Part shown: positions 12,865-42,695 of the stretch, in pieces
Layout of the letters: every line of letters begins with the position of its first letter
Position numbering within the stretch: the first letter of the stretch is position 1
Origin: Priapulus caudatus
Lineage: Eukaryota
Direction of reading: 5' to 3'
NCBI RefSeq assembly: GCF_000485595.1
Contig: NW_014577091.1
Location: 23,956 to 68,496 of the forward strand
Length of the DNA stretch: 44,541 bases
The notes under the pieces: generated by a model
Told to the model about the DNA's origin: nothing
Databases searched by the model: none
The model's input: the letters and a program-made list of their open reading frames with translations, nothing else
Program-made: the position numbers and the translations under genes

Positions 12865-15614
12865 GACACTCCATAGCAAACACCAAACAAAACACACCAC
12901 ACACACAGACACAGCAACGACAGATGCTCCGTCGGCCCAGTGCACCCCATCAAGAGCAAGGCGACGAAGAACACACACACACACAACCATGCCTTCAGCG
13001 CTAATCGGCGAACAGTGAGAGTACGACTAGCCCTACCCCCACCCCCCCCCCGGCCATCAAGCAAAAAAGCTCCAAAACGACACATAGTTGTCTCTCCCCA
13101 CACACCCAAGCAACCCCCCCCACACACACACCCCAGACACCCCCACACACAGCATACCTTACGTCTCACACCACACACACACTAACCGACGCGTCCGCCC
13201 GGGCCGCACGGACACACAGCACAACAGGCACCGCGCGCGCACACGCACGCACTGCACGACAACGCGCACCCACCACACACAACAGCGAGCGGAGGCTGTC
13301 TCACTAGCACAATAGACAATATCGCGTCAACTGTTTCCTACGATGCGGACTCGATAGACGAGGTCTGGCCGACTCCGGAGACCAGCGGGCGCAGCGAAGC
13401 GCGAGAGAGGGAGGGAGTAGGCAGCAGGCAGGCGAGGCAGAGGGGTGGGGGGGCCGAAAGCCGGCTTTCCTTTCCCTCGTTAGTCCACGATCACACAGCA
13501 GCCAATCAGCATCCAACACACAACCACAGCACGAGCCGTCAGCCAGGCCGCTTGAAGAGCGCGTCGACGGCAAACACATGCAATCCCATTATCTCCGCCC
13601 AACAACGACCAACATTCGCCACACATCCCTGCATAGCAGTAAGCGACCCAAAGCCACTGGTTGTGAGCTGCGGTATGTCCAAGCCGAGCACACCAATAGC
13701 CCGAGTTCAAGAAGTACCGAGTAGGCGAACCACGACGTCACCATAAGCAGCACAACTAACAACGACGAGAACACAGATAAGATAGAAATGTATGGTTATT
13801 GAACGTAAACCACAAACACGTCGTAAGTAAAATACCACCACGTATATACACAGCAAACACACAGAATTGTCACAACATTGTACAAGCAAACAAATATACT
13901 CATACATAGTAAACACACTAGCATATGTTCAATAATAATAACCAGCTCACATAACATACCAATACGACTATGTTTGTTTATATGTATAAGCCACGAATGA
14001 GATGGAAAATTTTAAACCTCTGTCAGCCGAACTCAGTATAGATCATCAGGGGCGGCAACTAAGGGCAAGGACGGCGTCATGTCGCAGTGCCGCTGCTTCT
14101 CCTCCACAAGCCAACTCGCTCTCCAACGCAAACGCTCCCGCGTTAACGTAACGCTGTGTGTGGTGTGCGTGTGCTGTGGCTGGTCCGTGTCCTGCTATTG
14201 TGATGTCGCCGCATGCACACTCACACGCGGCCCAAGTGCACAGTCGTGCCGCCTCCTCTCGACAATGCACATGGGCACCCGCTCGCGATGCCGCAACAAC
14301 ACACATGCACAGGCGAGTGAGAGTAACCATCATCAGCTACTTGCAACAACCGGACAATCATATGTACCGTAGGGCCGGACAACTTATCGGCGCACCGGCC
14401 ATTTTCCCACTTACTTGTCCGCCCTGCGTCTTTGCGTGCAGCAGTGCACCGATGACGCACTGGGTGTTCGTGATAAATTAACACTAACACCGCACCACAC
14501 TAGTAAAAAAAGACTCAAACAAGATGGACAACACACCACGCGCCGGCGCATCAATTAATAAGCTCCACGTTGAACGCACAGACAATGCACACTCCTAAAT
14601 AAAATCCCATTTTTCAACTAACGCAGCGCCGCATCACTCATAGCGAACAACGACGCATGACAGATCGCCGCTGGGCCCGCGAACACAGGCCGCTGCCAGG
14701 GGGCGCTCACCCCCATCCACCAGGATACCCGCCGAATACCACCTTGGCCACCGAGTGACCTGCGAGGAATCACCTGCCCCCCACATTCCGCGTGCGCGCT
14801 TGTCGTTCGCCCCCGCTCACGTCTTCCGGAGGCGCGTCCGGTTATCGCGCCATAGAGCTTTGGACATTTTGCGAAGACCTGCGTGCTTCGTCGGCTGACT
14901 GGGGTCCACTGGCCAAGCGGTAGTGTTGTCGGCCTTCATGCGCGGGCGTGGCCCGACGGCGGGTGGTGGGAAGACGAAGAGACAGACGCGAGAATTCGGT
15001 GAGTCAGGAAGTTTTTATTTGGCGCGGACACAAAATAAATATGTGGGGGGAAGAAGCAGGCGAGAACAAAGAGAGATGGCGCGAGAGAAGCGAGCGAGAA
15101 AAGAGAGAGAGAGAACCGCGGAGAGAGAGATTCGGGACGCAAAGCCACCCAGGCGAGCGAGAACGAGGAGCCATACAAAAGAGACGAGAGAGCGAGGACG
15201 AGAAGAGCACAGGACAAAGCCACCACCAAAACCGCTATAGCAACGCTAAGCGATCCCTGTCCAGAACGCACGCACGCACACAGAGTGCGCCACTTGAAAC
15301 ACATATATATAACTCACAAAATTAATAGACCACATAGATCGGGTCTAGCATCCCGAACGACTATTTAAATTCAATTTCCGGTCACAGACAAAACCAAACA
15401 ATCTCTCACCAGGCAATTATCGGGCCGCCATCTTTTCTTGCCTGCCCACCGCAAACTTCCACGACGTCCAACCGAAGAAGCAGCTTGCTTTGCCGTTCTA
15501 TTTTCTCGAAAAGGAATCAGGGCCCGGAATAATCATTTGAACCCATCCCTCAAACACGTGTCAAACATATCAATAAATATTAATAATTAAATATAATAAT
15601 TAATCATTAACGAG

Positions 15615-17610
15615 ATGCCGGAGTGCGAAGCAGGGCTCTTAATCTGGCTGTCTGTGTTCTGCTGATAAATGCATTCTGTGCTAGGCAAGCAGCGTCTTAT
15701 ACTCATTAAGTCTTCTATTATTCTTCGTTGTTGACTTCGAGCCCCGTTCGAACCCAAATATATTCAGCTAACAATTTCTTTACCGCACGGCACTAAAATC
15801 TCATGGACTTAATTCTAATAACAGAGCAACAATTAATATACAATTGGCAATCTAACAAGAATGAATGATGCATGTGGACGTTGACCATAAAAGATTTCAC
15901 CATATGAGCAGGATCCATCCAAGTTTAATGTACCCCCGAGGGGCGGGGGGTCCATTTCCTCTCCCACCTCCTCCCACGCGTCCACCCCTCCCTCACCCCC
16001 TCCTCTGCCTCTTACTCCACGACTCCGTCGCCACTGTCGCCGTCCCACTTCACTCCGGGCATTGCCCTCTGGCCACTGTCGCACCGAACCTCGATCACGC
16101 GCCCGATTCTCCTCCACCTGGCTCTGTCGACCGATCCCTCGGCGCCCCTGCCTCGCGCGCGGCCGGCGGGCGCTTCGGCCCATCCCGAGGGCCGTAGCCC
16201 CCGGATTGCACAGTCGCGCCCATCGGGCCACACCGAAGAAGAAGGAGGAAGAGAAGAGCAAAAAGAGAGCGAAAAGAGAGAGAAAGAGAGAGGAAAGGAG
16301 AGCAGAAGGAAAGAGAAGAGAGAGAGCGAGAGAGAGAGAACAAGAGAGAGAAAGAGAAAGCAAGAGAGAGAGAGGTAGACGCAGACCCACGAGACACTAA
16401 TCATCTACCGGAGGTACGCCACCATCACACACCCAACACGCAGCACCACACACAACACATACATCCACAACATCCGTTTCCAGCCTGACGCCACACACCA
16501 CATCACAGCAAAGATTACACACCAGGTCCTCCATACACACTACACATACCATACACACCCAGTATCGGTGAGCCGAGTGTCGCTGTCCACCGTCCTCAAT
16601 CACACTAAAACATCATACGCATTCCACATACATTACACACCTCCCTTTATGCGGTAAATAGACTGGTCCTCTCTCTCTCCTTAATTATATAAAATTAAAA
16701 AATAAAACCAGCAACAGATGTCCTTTACTGCCCCCAGCCCTCAATAATACTACTCCGTTCCTATGCCCCTGAGTGACAGCCATAGAAATCAATACAATCA
16801 TCAAATAAAAACAAAGACCAAGTGGTCTATCAAGACGGGTATCCCCCATATGGTAACCAGGCTCTCATCACATCCTAGCACTAAACTGCCCCCGAGTCAA
16901 AAATTGGATACTCACCAAGGGCCATAGCTGACAGATATAGATGCTTAAGCGATATCAAGATGAAAAGTAAAATATACAACTCACATCTATGGAGGTCCCT
17001 ACTATTTATTATTTAGTCGTTTAACAAATATAGCATGAAAAAGAATCTCAATCTTAAACTGAGCCTATAGTGTGGCCCACACCCGCACCCAGATGGTGGC
17101 GCTGCAAGTGTAGACACAAATCCACAACATACATCAAAGATGGCAATCGCCATTGCTTGGAGATACCCCTAACAGCTCCTGGGGAGTTGCTGAAACCACA
17201 CAAACTACGACACCACCCCAGGGTAAAATCCACAAGGTAAGTACTAATTTGTTCAGGAGGCGATGAATTTTGCTACAGCTGTGAGTTAGCCACATGTGCA
17301 TCTGCAGGGTTGCGTCCAGGCAATACAATTATGTATTAGAATAGCTGCAAAAGGTCCGACTTGGTAGCGACATGCCTAGTGAGGCATTCCCACGCTGAAG
17401 TTAAATCCATAATTTGGCCCTACCACAACCCCTGCTGAAAGAATCTATGGTTCAACAGAACTGATGAAAACCTCCCAGGTGAACTAATTTCTTCTTCAGG
17501 AAGTGCTGAGCGTAAAAGCATCTTCTGACAAAAAAAACCCCCCCCCTACAACGAGATTAGCAAACAGACTGCTTTAGAAAATAATCCTAGTTAAGGGAGC
17601 GTAACACCTA
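15615..17610 (+). repeat. Fragmented noisy copy of ~1575-1915 interleaved with scrambled sequence
   Basis: 15615-15810 resembles 1575-1740. cacatgtgca(t)ctgcagg at 17291 matches 1751, and cagactgctttagaaaataat at ~17565 matches 1873. Confidence 0.7.
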
Positions 17611-19452
17611 AATCATTATATTTAAGTGTTTTCACCATATCTCAATTAAGAACACTATTAAAATAGTGCCTTTATGAACGACCAAATAAATCCTCCGCCG
17701 TATGGCGAGAATTCGAAAATAGAGTTGGTGACACCCTCACAATTTCCAAAAATTTGGGAAATGTACATTGCGTTGCAAACCTCAAAGCACTGGTTAAATT
17801 TCAATATGCTTCTCAATTGTTCCTTCACACCTGCCCACAGATGCTACCATACAACGATACCCACCGACGAGCGCCTTAAAATTGATAAGTTGCGTCGGCG
17901 CGTTGTAAGGACAAAACCAACATTTGGGTGTTTACATAACCGATCTGCTAGTATATGGGATCGAGGGGAGGAGGAGGAGTAGGGGCGGGGCTGCGACGCG
18001 TGTGTCAAGACTGACACGTAAACGTTTCGGCGACCTTGCACACGTCACATGATTTCATCCCTTTGATGCAGTTCCAATAATAATCGATCTATGATAACAT
18101 ATCACCTTAGGTAAAACACGCACATGGATAGGGCTTCGCCATGCATGCACAGCATCAATCTCATCATCTAATAAATACCAATAGTGTTATACTATACTAC
18201 AGTTATGAGCCAGCGATGACATGATAAGACTCGGCTTCGCAACACGTAGAATCACAACTCTCAGCTCACCTCGCCACTTTATACCCCAGCCTGTACACAT
18301 ATTTTTTCGCGACGATACCGCAATCTATTATTTCATACACGAAAACGTGCATGCAAAAATGTAGCTTTTACCCACTTTTTTCTTGTTATTAGAATTAATA
18401 ATTCCAATCATCATGGCGCGCCGCTCTATCCGTACATTCTTTTGTGGGGGTCGTCATTAGTCGCAGGGGTCTACGAGTCCGCCAACAATGACCCAAGTAT
18501 AGTGCGTCCAATCTGCGTCACATATTCTAAGATTGCAAACTCACTTGGTTTGAGGAAGCGTGGGTTTTGGTTCGTGCAATCCGCTATGCGTGTCCGCGCA
18601 AAAAAGAACGCGGAGCATCGTTTTCGTCAGTCCCTCTATTAAATATAATCGAAATGTTCGTAGCTGCAGTGTGGAGGGGCTCCCATTTCCCCATCGGGGT
18701 ATTCAGAAATTGCAATATGACTCAAATTACCGTATTAGATGATGAAGCTAAAATAACTTAAGAGGCATAACATGCGTTCTCGCCTCAGGCTTCGCGCCAC
18801 ACTTCACGACCGCCTACAATAGCGGATAGAAAAGGTTTTTTGCTGCACTCAATATTGTGGCGGCAGTTCAATTGTGACAAGGAACGTGCATTCAGTTATA
18901 ACAAGTCATGAGCACAATAGAAAAGATCTTAATATACTTATAATAAGTTAATATATTTTAATTGAAATACATATAATCTATATATGCTTAATGAATGAGA
19001 GCGATTTATGGTAGTAAACGTAACACGTTTAGAGTAATGACGATAATCCGCGCATCAGAAGTTTCGCCCTTTAACTTGTTCTTTAACAAGAGATGGCGCC
19101 TGTCAGGCTAGAACGCAAAAACCATAGACTGAACACGTCAGCAGACTGCTCAACTGACTTGTCGGCAGATAGAAGACCATGACGACGATTAGTGAGGACA
19201 ATCGCTGCTCGCTGCCACCTCTAGCGATTGTACAATTCTGCGCCAGCAAATCAACAACCAATATGACTTGTGCACTATTACTCCCTGCTCATTCTTCCCA
19301 TGATCGATTTTATCAAATTAGTCTATTGCTGATGATGAGATGACGAGGACAGACCGACGACGACGAAGATGATTCATGCTTATGCTGCTCGCTGCGTGAT
19401 GATGATGATAATTAATAATAATACCTGAATGCGTGCGCCATCGTCATTCTAG

Positions 19453-20198
19453 TCAAGACTCGGGCGTAGTATACACTTGACCTTGATCAATGATAGACCT
19501 TAACGCTACAGAAGGGGAGTCTATGGTGGTTGCGAGTTTTGACGGACCTGGCTTCCTAGTGATTGGTTTTTGTTGCTTAACTAGCGACTTAGAGGTCGCG
19601 TTGACGTTCTGCTCCCCAAATTCGGTTTTTTAGTGTTTGTAGTTATTTGGCCCTGCAAAGATTGCCGTCCATTTGAAGGTCTATACATCTCTTCACTCCA
19701 TTTCGCCGCATAAAAGTGTATTTAGTTATAAAAGTGACGCAAGCGTGGCGTACCGTGACTAAACGCAAATCAATCGGATTACATATGTGCATAATAAATT
19801 ATTTTTAGCATGACCACGCGCTAGGTATTCTAAATATAGGTAAAGTACACGCTTGTTATCGACGTGTGTAATCTCTTATCGGTAACTGCAAGTGTGGAAA
19901 CTGTTTTTCAATCATATGCCTCAGAGGATAGATCATTTGTCCCCACCGTGGATAACAAGGATGCTCTCGTATCCGCCACGAAATCGAAGAAACGTACGCT
20001 ATTTCCGCGCGGAATTTTTCTAGTGTTTCCGCCCGACGTGACTGTTGGCTGAGGATCGGACAGCCGGGCCTCCCGTCAGCGCGGCGGCGGCACAGCAAGG
20101 CCACGACGTACACCACTGATGGCCCCGGAGAACAGCGATAGAACATGCCGACGATTGGCGATGATGTACCTGTTTGTCGGCCTGCGTTTGTAGCAAGC
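19453..20198 (-). pseudogene. Indel-rich duplicate of exons 5 and 6
   Basis: 19453-19652 matches exon 6 and ~19997-20198 matches exon 5 (ttggctgaggatcggacagccggg), both with frameshifts. Confidence 0.75.
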
Positions 20199-21607
20199 TA
20201 GAAAGTATCCAAAGAAAGTGCTGCGCGGCGTGAGTAGTCGAGAGATCATCGTCATGAAGATGAATTGACTATTAGTCATCGATTCATCGAATATGAAATT
20301 AAGGCGTCGTTCGGGGCAATTTTGCAAGCTTGGTTAACGATGTAGTGAGGATGAGGATTAAGTTTAATTTAAAATAAATCAGTTTCCCTGAGCAACTGAA
20401 GGTGAAACCATGAATCGGTGCCTTTGTCAAGACACGTCAGCACGCAACACCACGACACACGCCCACTGCACACACTCATCGCTCGAGCCGCTAGCACAAA
20501 AATACATACACACATAAGGCGACGCACACAGTCATACCCACAACGCACACAGCGCACGCGCACGAGCACAACAGATACATGCAGCATACGCAGCGACAAC
20601 GCAGCACCACGCACCGCAGAACGCAATGTGGCGTTGATTAGCCTGATGGGTGTCTGGTTCAAACGTGTACAAAAACGTATTTTTTTGCTGTCACGTATTT
20701 TTAGTTTGGTTTAAATTGACTGTCCAACTAGCTGTAGGCTTCATATTAGCGATTAGTTGAGATGATGTGCCCTGTGTCCTAAGCCAATAACCAGCCGCAA
20801 ATTAAGCCAATAAATCGCAGTACCTCTCGCGCGGCAATGAATAAGAGAACACGGATGAAAGTTGCCTCACACAGTAGACTGAATCTGTCAGCGTGACATT
20901 ATCATGGTTTTCTAACTACTAGTTGTAACAAAGCCGTCGATTATCAATCATTATCAGGCGTGCCAAATAATACGCATGTGGTTGAGCATACTAGTGGCTT
21001 AGCAAATGCAATCACACGTTATGGGTACGTTTTATGAAATTACATACCGTGAACGTAGGGACAGCGCGACGCGCACAATTGGAGAGGTTAAGATCGGGAA
21101 GGGGGCAGACACCACACACACAGTGCAGAGCCAATGATGTGCAGGATAGGGCGCACATGGGCACACAACACACCACACACAGATCCCAGGCGGCACAAGG
21201 AAACAGGGGGCAATGGCGCAACGTATTCCCGGTTTCGATTTTTAGGTGTCGGATCCGGGTGAACCCCAGGGAGAGCGAGCGGCATGATCATCGCAACACA
21301 CAACCGCCGCCTGCCGCGCCACCGCCACGCACGCCACGCACCGACCGCAACGCAGCCGCCACAGACACACATGACAACTACTCATCTGTGTGCCGCTTCA
21401 CTCCCGCGCACAGAACTATATACGACCCACAATGGCGGAATAGGCACCGAATCATTGCAGCATAGCCCACCAGCCATAAATAACATTCAAAACTCTGTAA
21501 TTTGGTTAGATTGAGCCATTTATCGAACGCAAACGAAAGAAAAACACAAATGCTCGGTCATGGTGCGTCAGCGCTAGCAAGATCCACTGCAGTTTCCCAG
21601 GAGTGTT

Positions 21608-22097
21608 CAGCCGGACTCAGCATGTGGGGGCACGGCACGCATTGTGTGGGGCGCCCTATAGTCTGTATTTTCTGCATTTCATTCTTGCAAATTCAGAGGT
21701 TTTTCATCGTGTTTCACGAATTTAAATGTCACTTTCGATAGGCGAGAATACTGACCGTTACAGCCAACAGTCTCTGTTGGTCATCGTCGGCTTCTCTATT
21801 GATTTTTAATATCAACTTGAGTTTTTAAAAAATGACTTCACTCGCTACAATTCGAGAGCATCAATGAAAGATACGATTCTCAGAGCGAAGGAGAGTGGAA
21901 AGTGTCCTTGTTAGCTGAACAGCGGAAATTCAGTCAGAGAAACAGCATGGAAACGCATCACTGCACGTTACCATGACTAAGAATTTTTGTGGATCAATTA
22001 CGGCAAGTTTGTAACATTTTAGATTCTCTAAATGGGGGGACGCGCCAAATTGTGGGGGCCGGGCACGTGCCCTGTTGCCCCCTTAATTCCGCTAGTG
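21608..22097. mobile_element. hAT-like MITE present in only one duplicate block
   Basis: ~490-bp insert flanked by ggagtgtt / (g)gcgtgtt. Ends cag..ccgga..gggggcac and gtgccc..ttaattccgctagtg. The empty site at ~26535 reads caggagtttggtcg. Confidence 0.7.
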
Positions 22098-22790
22098 GCG
22101 TGTTGGTCGTCCAGCCATGTAGCGGAAGCGAGGGACTGCACGGATAGATTCAACACGTCACTAACCCCAAGGGCAACTGTAGAGTGGGAAGTAATCCGGC
22201 CAGAGCGAGCAATCCACCGAAAATGGCCCATAACAAAATCCTTCTCTCTCTCAGGAATCAAACGAATTGAAATAAGTAATACCTTACGTGACAAAACACC
22301 ACGCGCACTTCTACCGAAAGGCAGGCTCTGTTGGCGCTTAGCGTAACACGGTTGTCTCAAGTATCTGCGGCCGATAGTGATGGTGCTGTACGTTGTGTGT
22401 AATAGGTACTACATATATATGTAACCTAAAGGTACATATATGTATACACAGAAGGTACATATACGTATACACAAAGGTGTATCAGAGCGGTACTACAAGA
22501 TATGCTGTATACCTCTAAGCCCTACCCTAACATACCCGTCATATAAAAAATATAGAATCATAATTACTATAAAACAACGTAATAACTCACCTCAAATAGT
22601 GCAATGCAGTAGGTACTGATACACAACGACCCTATCATGCAACGTGTATATATAGGAAGTTGTCGTTAACCAACTAGCGTAGGCACAGAAAAAGCCATGT
22701 CGGGCGAAACCGGTCGCTAGAGTGGGGGCCCCGCCGACAGGACCGGGGTGGTAGCAAAGGGTAACAAGTGGCTAGTGTGCCGCAGCAGTC

Positions 22791-22815
22791 NNNNNNNNNN
22801 NNNNNNNNNNNNNNN
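22791..22815. other. Assembly gap (25 N)
   Basis: N run between the two duplicated blocks. Confidence 0.99.
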
Positions 22816-22893
<78 letters not shown>

Positions 22894-22911
22894 ACACACA
22901 CACACACACAC
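22816..22911. repeat. (CA)n microsatellite
   Basis: Direct read. Confidence 0.95.
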
Positions 22912-24339
22912 AGTTGGTATATAATAGGAATTCAAGCTATATAATAATTTCCACACTTAATACTTGGTAAATGATAACCTCTGACGTATTTTTGATTGCT
23001 GAGAAGATCTATCGAAACAACCATACGAACATTAGAAAAACACACTTAATATTTATAGCAAATAATTATAGAAACTATAGTTTTATACAATCACAACGTA
23101 GCGATCTATAGTTGGTCACTCAAATTTGGAATGTTTGGTTTTGAACCTCACACCTGGTTAATTTCAATATGCTTCTAATGTTCTAAACCTCCACAGATGC
23201 TACCATAACGATACCACCACGAGCGCCTTAAAATTGAATAAGTTGCGTCGCGTTAAGGACAAAACAAACATTGGGTGTTTACATAACTGATCTGCTAGTA
23301 TATGGGTGATTTTAATACGTTGGATACGCTGCACGCGTTGTCAAGACTACACGTAAGTTTCGCCTTGCAACACGTCACATCATTTCATGCCCTTTGATCA
23401 GTTTCCATAATAATAGATTATGATAAATATATTATTATAAACACGCACACATGCATGCACAGACAATATATATCTATAAATAAATAGTTATATATATACA
23501 GTTATAAGCGATGAATGATAAAATCGTTAAAAGTAAAACACGCTCAGTTCACCGATTTATACCCCCGTAAATATTTTTTCGCGTACGATACGCGCAATAC
23601 TATTATTTCATACACAACGTGCTCAAAAAATGTAGTTTTACCATTTTTTATTGTTATTAGAATTAGATTTCCAACATTCATGCGCGCCCTCTAACCGGTA
23701 AAATTTTTTGTGGGGGCGTCATTAGTCGCAGGAGGTCTACGAGTCCCCAACATGACCCTAAGTATGTGCGTCCAATGCGTCACATATTCTAAATTGCAAA
23801 CTCACTTGGTTTGAGAAGCGTGGGTTTGGTTCGTGCATCCGATATGCCGTGTCCGCAAAAAAGAACGGAGCATCGTTCGTCAGTCCCTATATTCATATGT
23901 CGAATGTTCGTAGCTCAGTGTGGAGGGGGCTCCCCATTTCACCATCGGGGTATCAGAAAATTGCAATATGAACTCTAAATTACCATTAGATGATGAAGCT
24001 AAAATAACTTAAGAGGCACAGCGTTCTCTCAGGCTTCGCGCACACTTCACGACCGCTACAATCACTTAGAAAATGTTTTTTGCTGCACTCAAATATTTCG
24101 CGAGTTCATTGGGCAAAACGTGCATTCAATTATCAAATCGCAACCTCATGAGCACAATAGCAGTATCAAATATACTTAATTATATTAAATTAGATATTTC
24201 TAATCTAATATAATTAATATATTTAATTAAAATACATATAATTATATATCTTAATGTAATTACACATTATGGTAGTAAACGTAACACGTTTAGAGTAATA
24301 CGAATATCCGCGCTCAAGTTTCGCCCTTTAATTGTTCTT

Positions 24340-24360
24340 TAACAACAGATGGCGCTGTCA
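24340..24360 (+). promoter_or_regulatory. CTCF-like motif, forward, 3' of the gene
   Basis: taacaacagatggcgctgtca fits the CCASYAGRKGGCRS consensus with 2 mismatches. It is the exact reverse complement of 40429-40449. Confidence 0.5.
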
Positions 24361-24681
24361 GGCTAGAACAGCAAACCATAGACTGAACACGTCAGCAGCT
24401 GCTAACGACTTGTCGCAGATAGGAAGACATGACGACGATTAGTGAGGACATCGCCGCTCGCCTGCCAACTCTAGCATTGTACAATCTGCGCAGAAATAAA
24501 AACCAATATGAGTGTGCACTATTATCTGCTCTTCCCTGATCGATTTTTCAAATTAGTTTGCTGATGATGAGGATGACGGCGACGACGACGACGACGACGA
24601 AGATGATTATGCTTATGCTGCTGCTGCTGATGATGATGATAATAATAATAATACCTGATGCCGTGGCCCATCGTCATTCTA

Positions 24682-40166
<15,485 letters not shown>

Positions 40167-40413
40167 CCTCTCGTATCGCGACACCTTTGCACAAAGACAA
40201 CATTTCATGCGATGGCATTCGCCCATGGCGCTGTGCCGTACTCGTCTGTTATGTCACGATAAACGCGGTGGGTACATCCAGGAGTCAGACCTGGCGTGTG
40301 TACATTCTACAGAGGAAACCTGCAGAACCGCCATGAAGTCACAACATAGCAGCAGCACAACCACTCGCGGGGATCGATGAGCATCTCACCGCAGCTCCCA
40401 GCATCAGCAACAC

Positions 40414-40449
40414 TGACGTCACGCACGTTGACAGCGCCATCTGTTGTTA
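40414..40449 (-). promoter_or_regulatory. Putative promoter elements: CRE palindrome (40414-40421) and CTCF-like motif (40429-40449)
   Basis: TGACGTCA and tgacagcgccatctgttgtta lie ~190-280 bp upstream of the candidate ATGs. Confidence 0.5.
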
Positions 40450-40478
40450 GCAATGGGTGTGATTTAATTAGTTTACTC

Positions 40479-40578
40479 TAGAGTACCTACATAAAGATAC
40501 CTCTTTACATAAAGATACCAACATAAAGATACCTACATAAAGATACCTACATAGATACCTCTTTATGTAGGTACTCTA
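40479..40578. mobile_element. 100-bp hAT-type MITE upstream of exon 1
   Basis: 19-bp perfect TIRs tagagtacctacataaaga / tctttatgtaggtactcta. 8-bp TSD gtttactc at 40471-40478 and 40579-40586. Internal acataaagatacc repeats. Confidence 0.9.
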
Positions 40579-41148
40579 GTTTACTCTAAGCAGCGGGATT
40601 GCTTAGAGCAAATAAATAATGATTCAATTAATATTTTTTCATCGGTTCAACAATATATGTAATAATGAATGAAGCAATCACTGCATGTGTGTTCTGCATA
40701 ATATAGTTGTATGGTTTAATTGAAAGCCTACGTGTTTACAGTCCCAACGTTTTAGCCAGACTATATATAGTGCTAGCTGCCATCAAGTCGAGAAACGTAA
40801 AGCCAGTTATTTAGTCTCCTCTTGAAACACCGGGGTTAAGTTTAAAACCTCACAGCGTCATCCTTTCGCGCCGTCTCTGTGATTTTTAAGAAAACGCTTG
40901 TTTTTGGCACCCGTGGAAAATTATTGATATCTGTTGTTTCAACTTTCAAGCTACATACGTTTCCGTGTACTCCGAACGATAGCTATTCGCATATGTTATA
41001 GGAATTCACTTTTTCGTCAGACTCTCTCTGTGGAGTCTATGTAGATTTACTCCAATTGGTGCAGGCCAAGCAATCATTAATCTGGAAGTAGGCCTACTAT
41101 AAGTAAGCAGCGTCTGATATTACGGAGCGAAATAGCGGACTGGCACAG

Positions 41149-41165
41149 ACCGCCATCTAGTGGCG
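41149..41165 (-). promoter_or_regulatory. Consensus CTCF-like motif, reverse orientation
   Basis: accgccatctagtggcg reads CGCCACTAGATGGCGGT on the minus strand. Confidence 0.55.
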
Positions 41166-41787
41166 AATATCTACCCGAGAAATTATATACCTGATTTGAT
41201 ACCTGAAGTAGGTAGAAAAATAAGTAAGTTTAGATAGTAGGTTAAGAAAATAAGATTTATTATAGAGGTATATTTGCTTATAAATTTAATACACTACTAT
41301 ATAAATTAATGTAAACACTTAATATTCATTTAGGTCGCCACATTTAATCGCCATCCGTACCATGTTGGCCACGAGCATAGGACATTTTTAGACAGCGTGT
41401 GCTAGAAAATAGAGCACAGTGCCCATGCGGCGTGTAAATTATTGCGCAGGCGTCGTACTTCACGATAGGCACAAATTAGCAGCCAGTAGTAGCATTAGCA
41501 ATCTGGCGGTGTTGGCTTTCATTGCGCGACAGCTATCCAGCCAGTTCTGGAAAGTAGCGTTACGGTCTCTTACACCCGCGATTACAGTCTCTTACACCCA
41601 CGATGTAGATCTAATGAACGACACAAAAATCGAAGATTGGCTGCAATGCGGTAATGCCGGGAAGTCGATGGCAATTACAACTAAGCTATATAGTAGCATT
41701 CCGCCATATCATGCAAAAACACGCTTTAACAGTAATACAAGTAAAAATATTATTTATTTATCTAATAATTATTTATTCAGGGGAAAA

Positions 41788-41862
41788 GCGGTGACCTAAT
41801 GGTTAGAGCTCAGAACTTTGTTCATGCTGTTGTGTCATTGAGCAAGGCATTTTACAATTTGC
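41788..41862 (+). mobile_element. tRNA-derived SINE remnant
   Basis: A-box-like gcggtgacctaatggttagagc, then gttgtgtcattgagcaaggcattttac resembling the SINE central-domain motif tgtgtccttgggcaagacact. Confidence 0.45.
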
Positions 41863-42549
41863 TACAGTCGACATATGCCGGAGAAATAAATTTGGAGCGC
41901 CGGCGCATGGCTAACCATCTTATCTACTTAAGCGAGAAGCTTTGCTAGGCGAAGCCCATTACAAGCATCACAGTTGATGAAGCACTAACATTGAATAGAG
42001 CCATTAGCATCAAACATAAGTTTAGTTCATTACGTTTTCAATGGGGTTGTACACAGGATGCTACCGCATAGACGTCGAACAATGAACCACGAATCTGCGC
42101 ATGTATAAGGGTGTTAACGCGTGAGATGCTAAGATTTAGGTCTCATCTTTCTAACAACGCAATAGCCGCTCGTAAATGGGAAGACTATTAAATATAACGA
42201 CGACTCACCTGCTCCTTAAACGCGTTACCTATATAGAGAAATGCTGTGCTGAACGAGTAATAGAGGCGCAATCCAACGCATTCGGTCTAGCATTTATTCC
42301 AGCAGACCCAACAACCATTTTTATGGGTTTTCATGGTACGTATTTCTCGTGATTATTACCATAACTCTTACTTGAAAAACAGTCCTGAAGAAACCCTGCA
42401 AACAAAATTATACAATTTAGTTGTTATTCATTGAATCAATTACGCTACTAATTGGGGGTTGTGGGTATTTTTAAGTAGGTAATGGCATAGACAAACATAG
42501 CATCGACTATATTTATGTAGTTTAAATGGCGTGCTTTATATTTATTAGA

Positions 42550-42564
42550 TGTGTGTGTGTGTGC

Positions 42565-42603
<39 letters not shown>

Positions 42604-42695
42604 AGGATGCGTGCGTGCATGAGCGTGCGCGCGCGGATGCGTGCGTGCGTGCGCGTGTGCGAGGGTGCGTGCGTGCATGAGTGAGTGCGTGAGTG
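42550..42695. repeat. (GT)n/(GCGT)n microsatellite
   Basis: Direct read. Confidence 0.9.

Larger units (their letters stand above)
17715..22790 (+). repeat. Noisy direct duplicate of ~23100-27085
   Basis: Colinear shared anchors throughout (gatgctaccat, gatgatgaagctaaaataacttaagaggca, gtaacaagtggctagtgtgcc) with dense 1-2 nt indels. Ends at a 25-N gap. Confidence 0.9.

Noticed and set aside
16855..16900. Faint resemblance to antisense 5S rRNA/SINE motif
   Set aside because: Too short and degenerate, and within noisy sequence.
12870..17700. GC-rich ORF-dense stretch suggesting foreign or viral DNA
   Set aside because: No recognizable domains; it is mixed with noisy copies of 1.6-1.9 kb and best explained as low-quality read sequence.
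11776..20198. A second complete paralog of the CUB-LDLa gene
   Set aside because: Exon order is wrong, there are no CUB or signal exons, and differences are indel-type errors.
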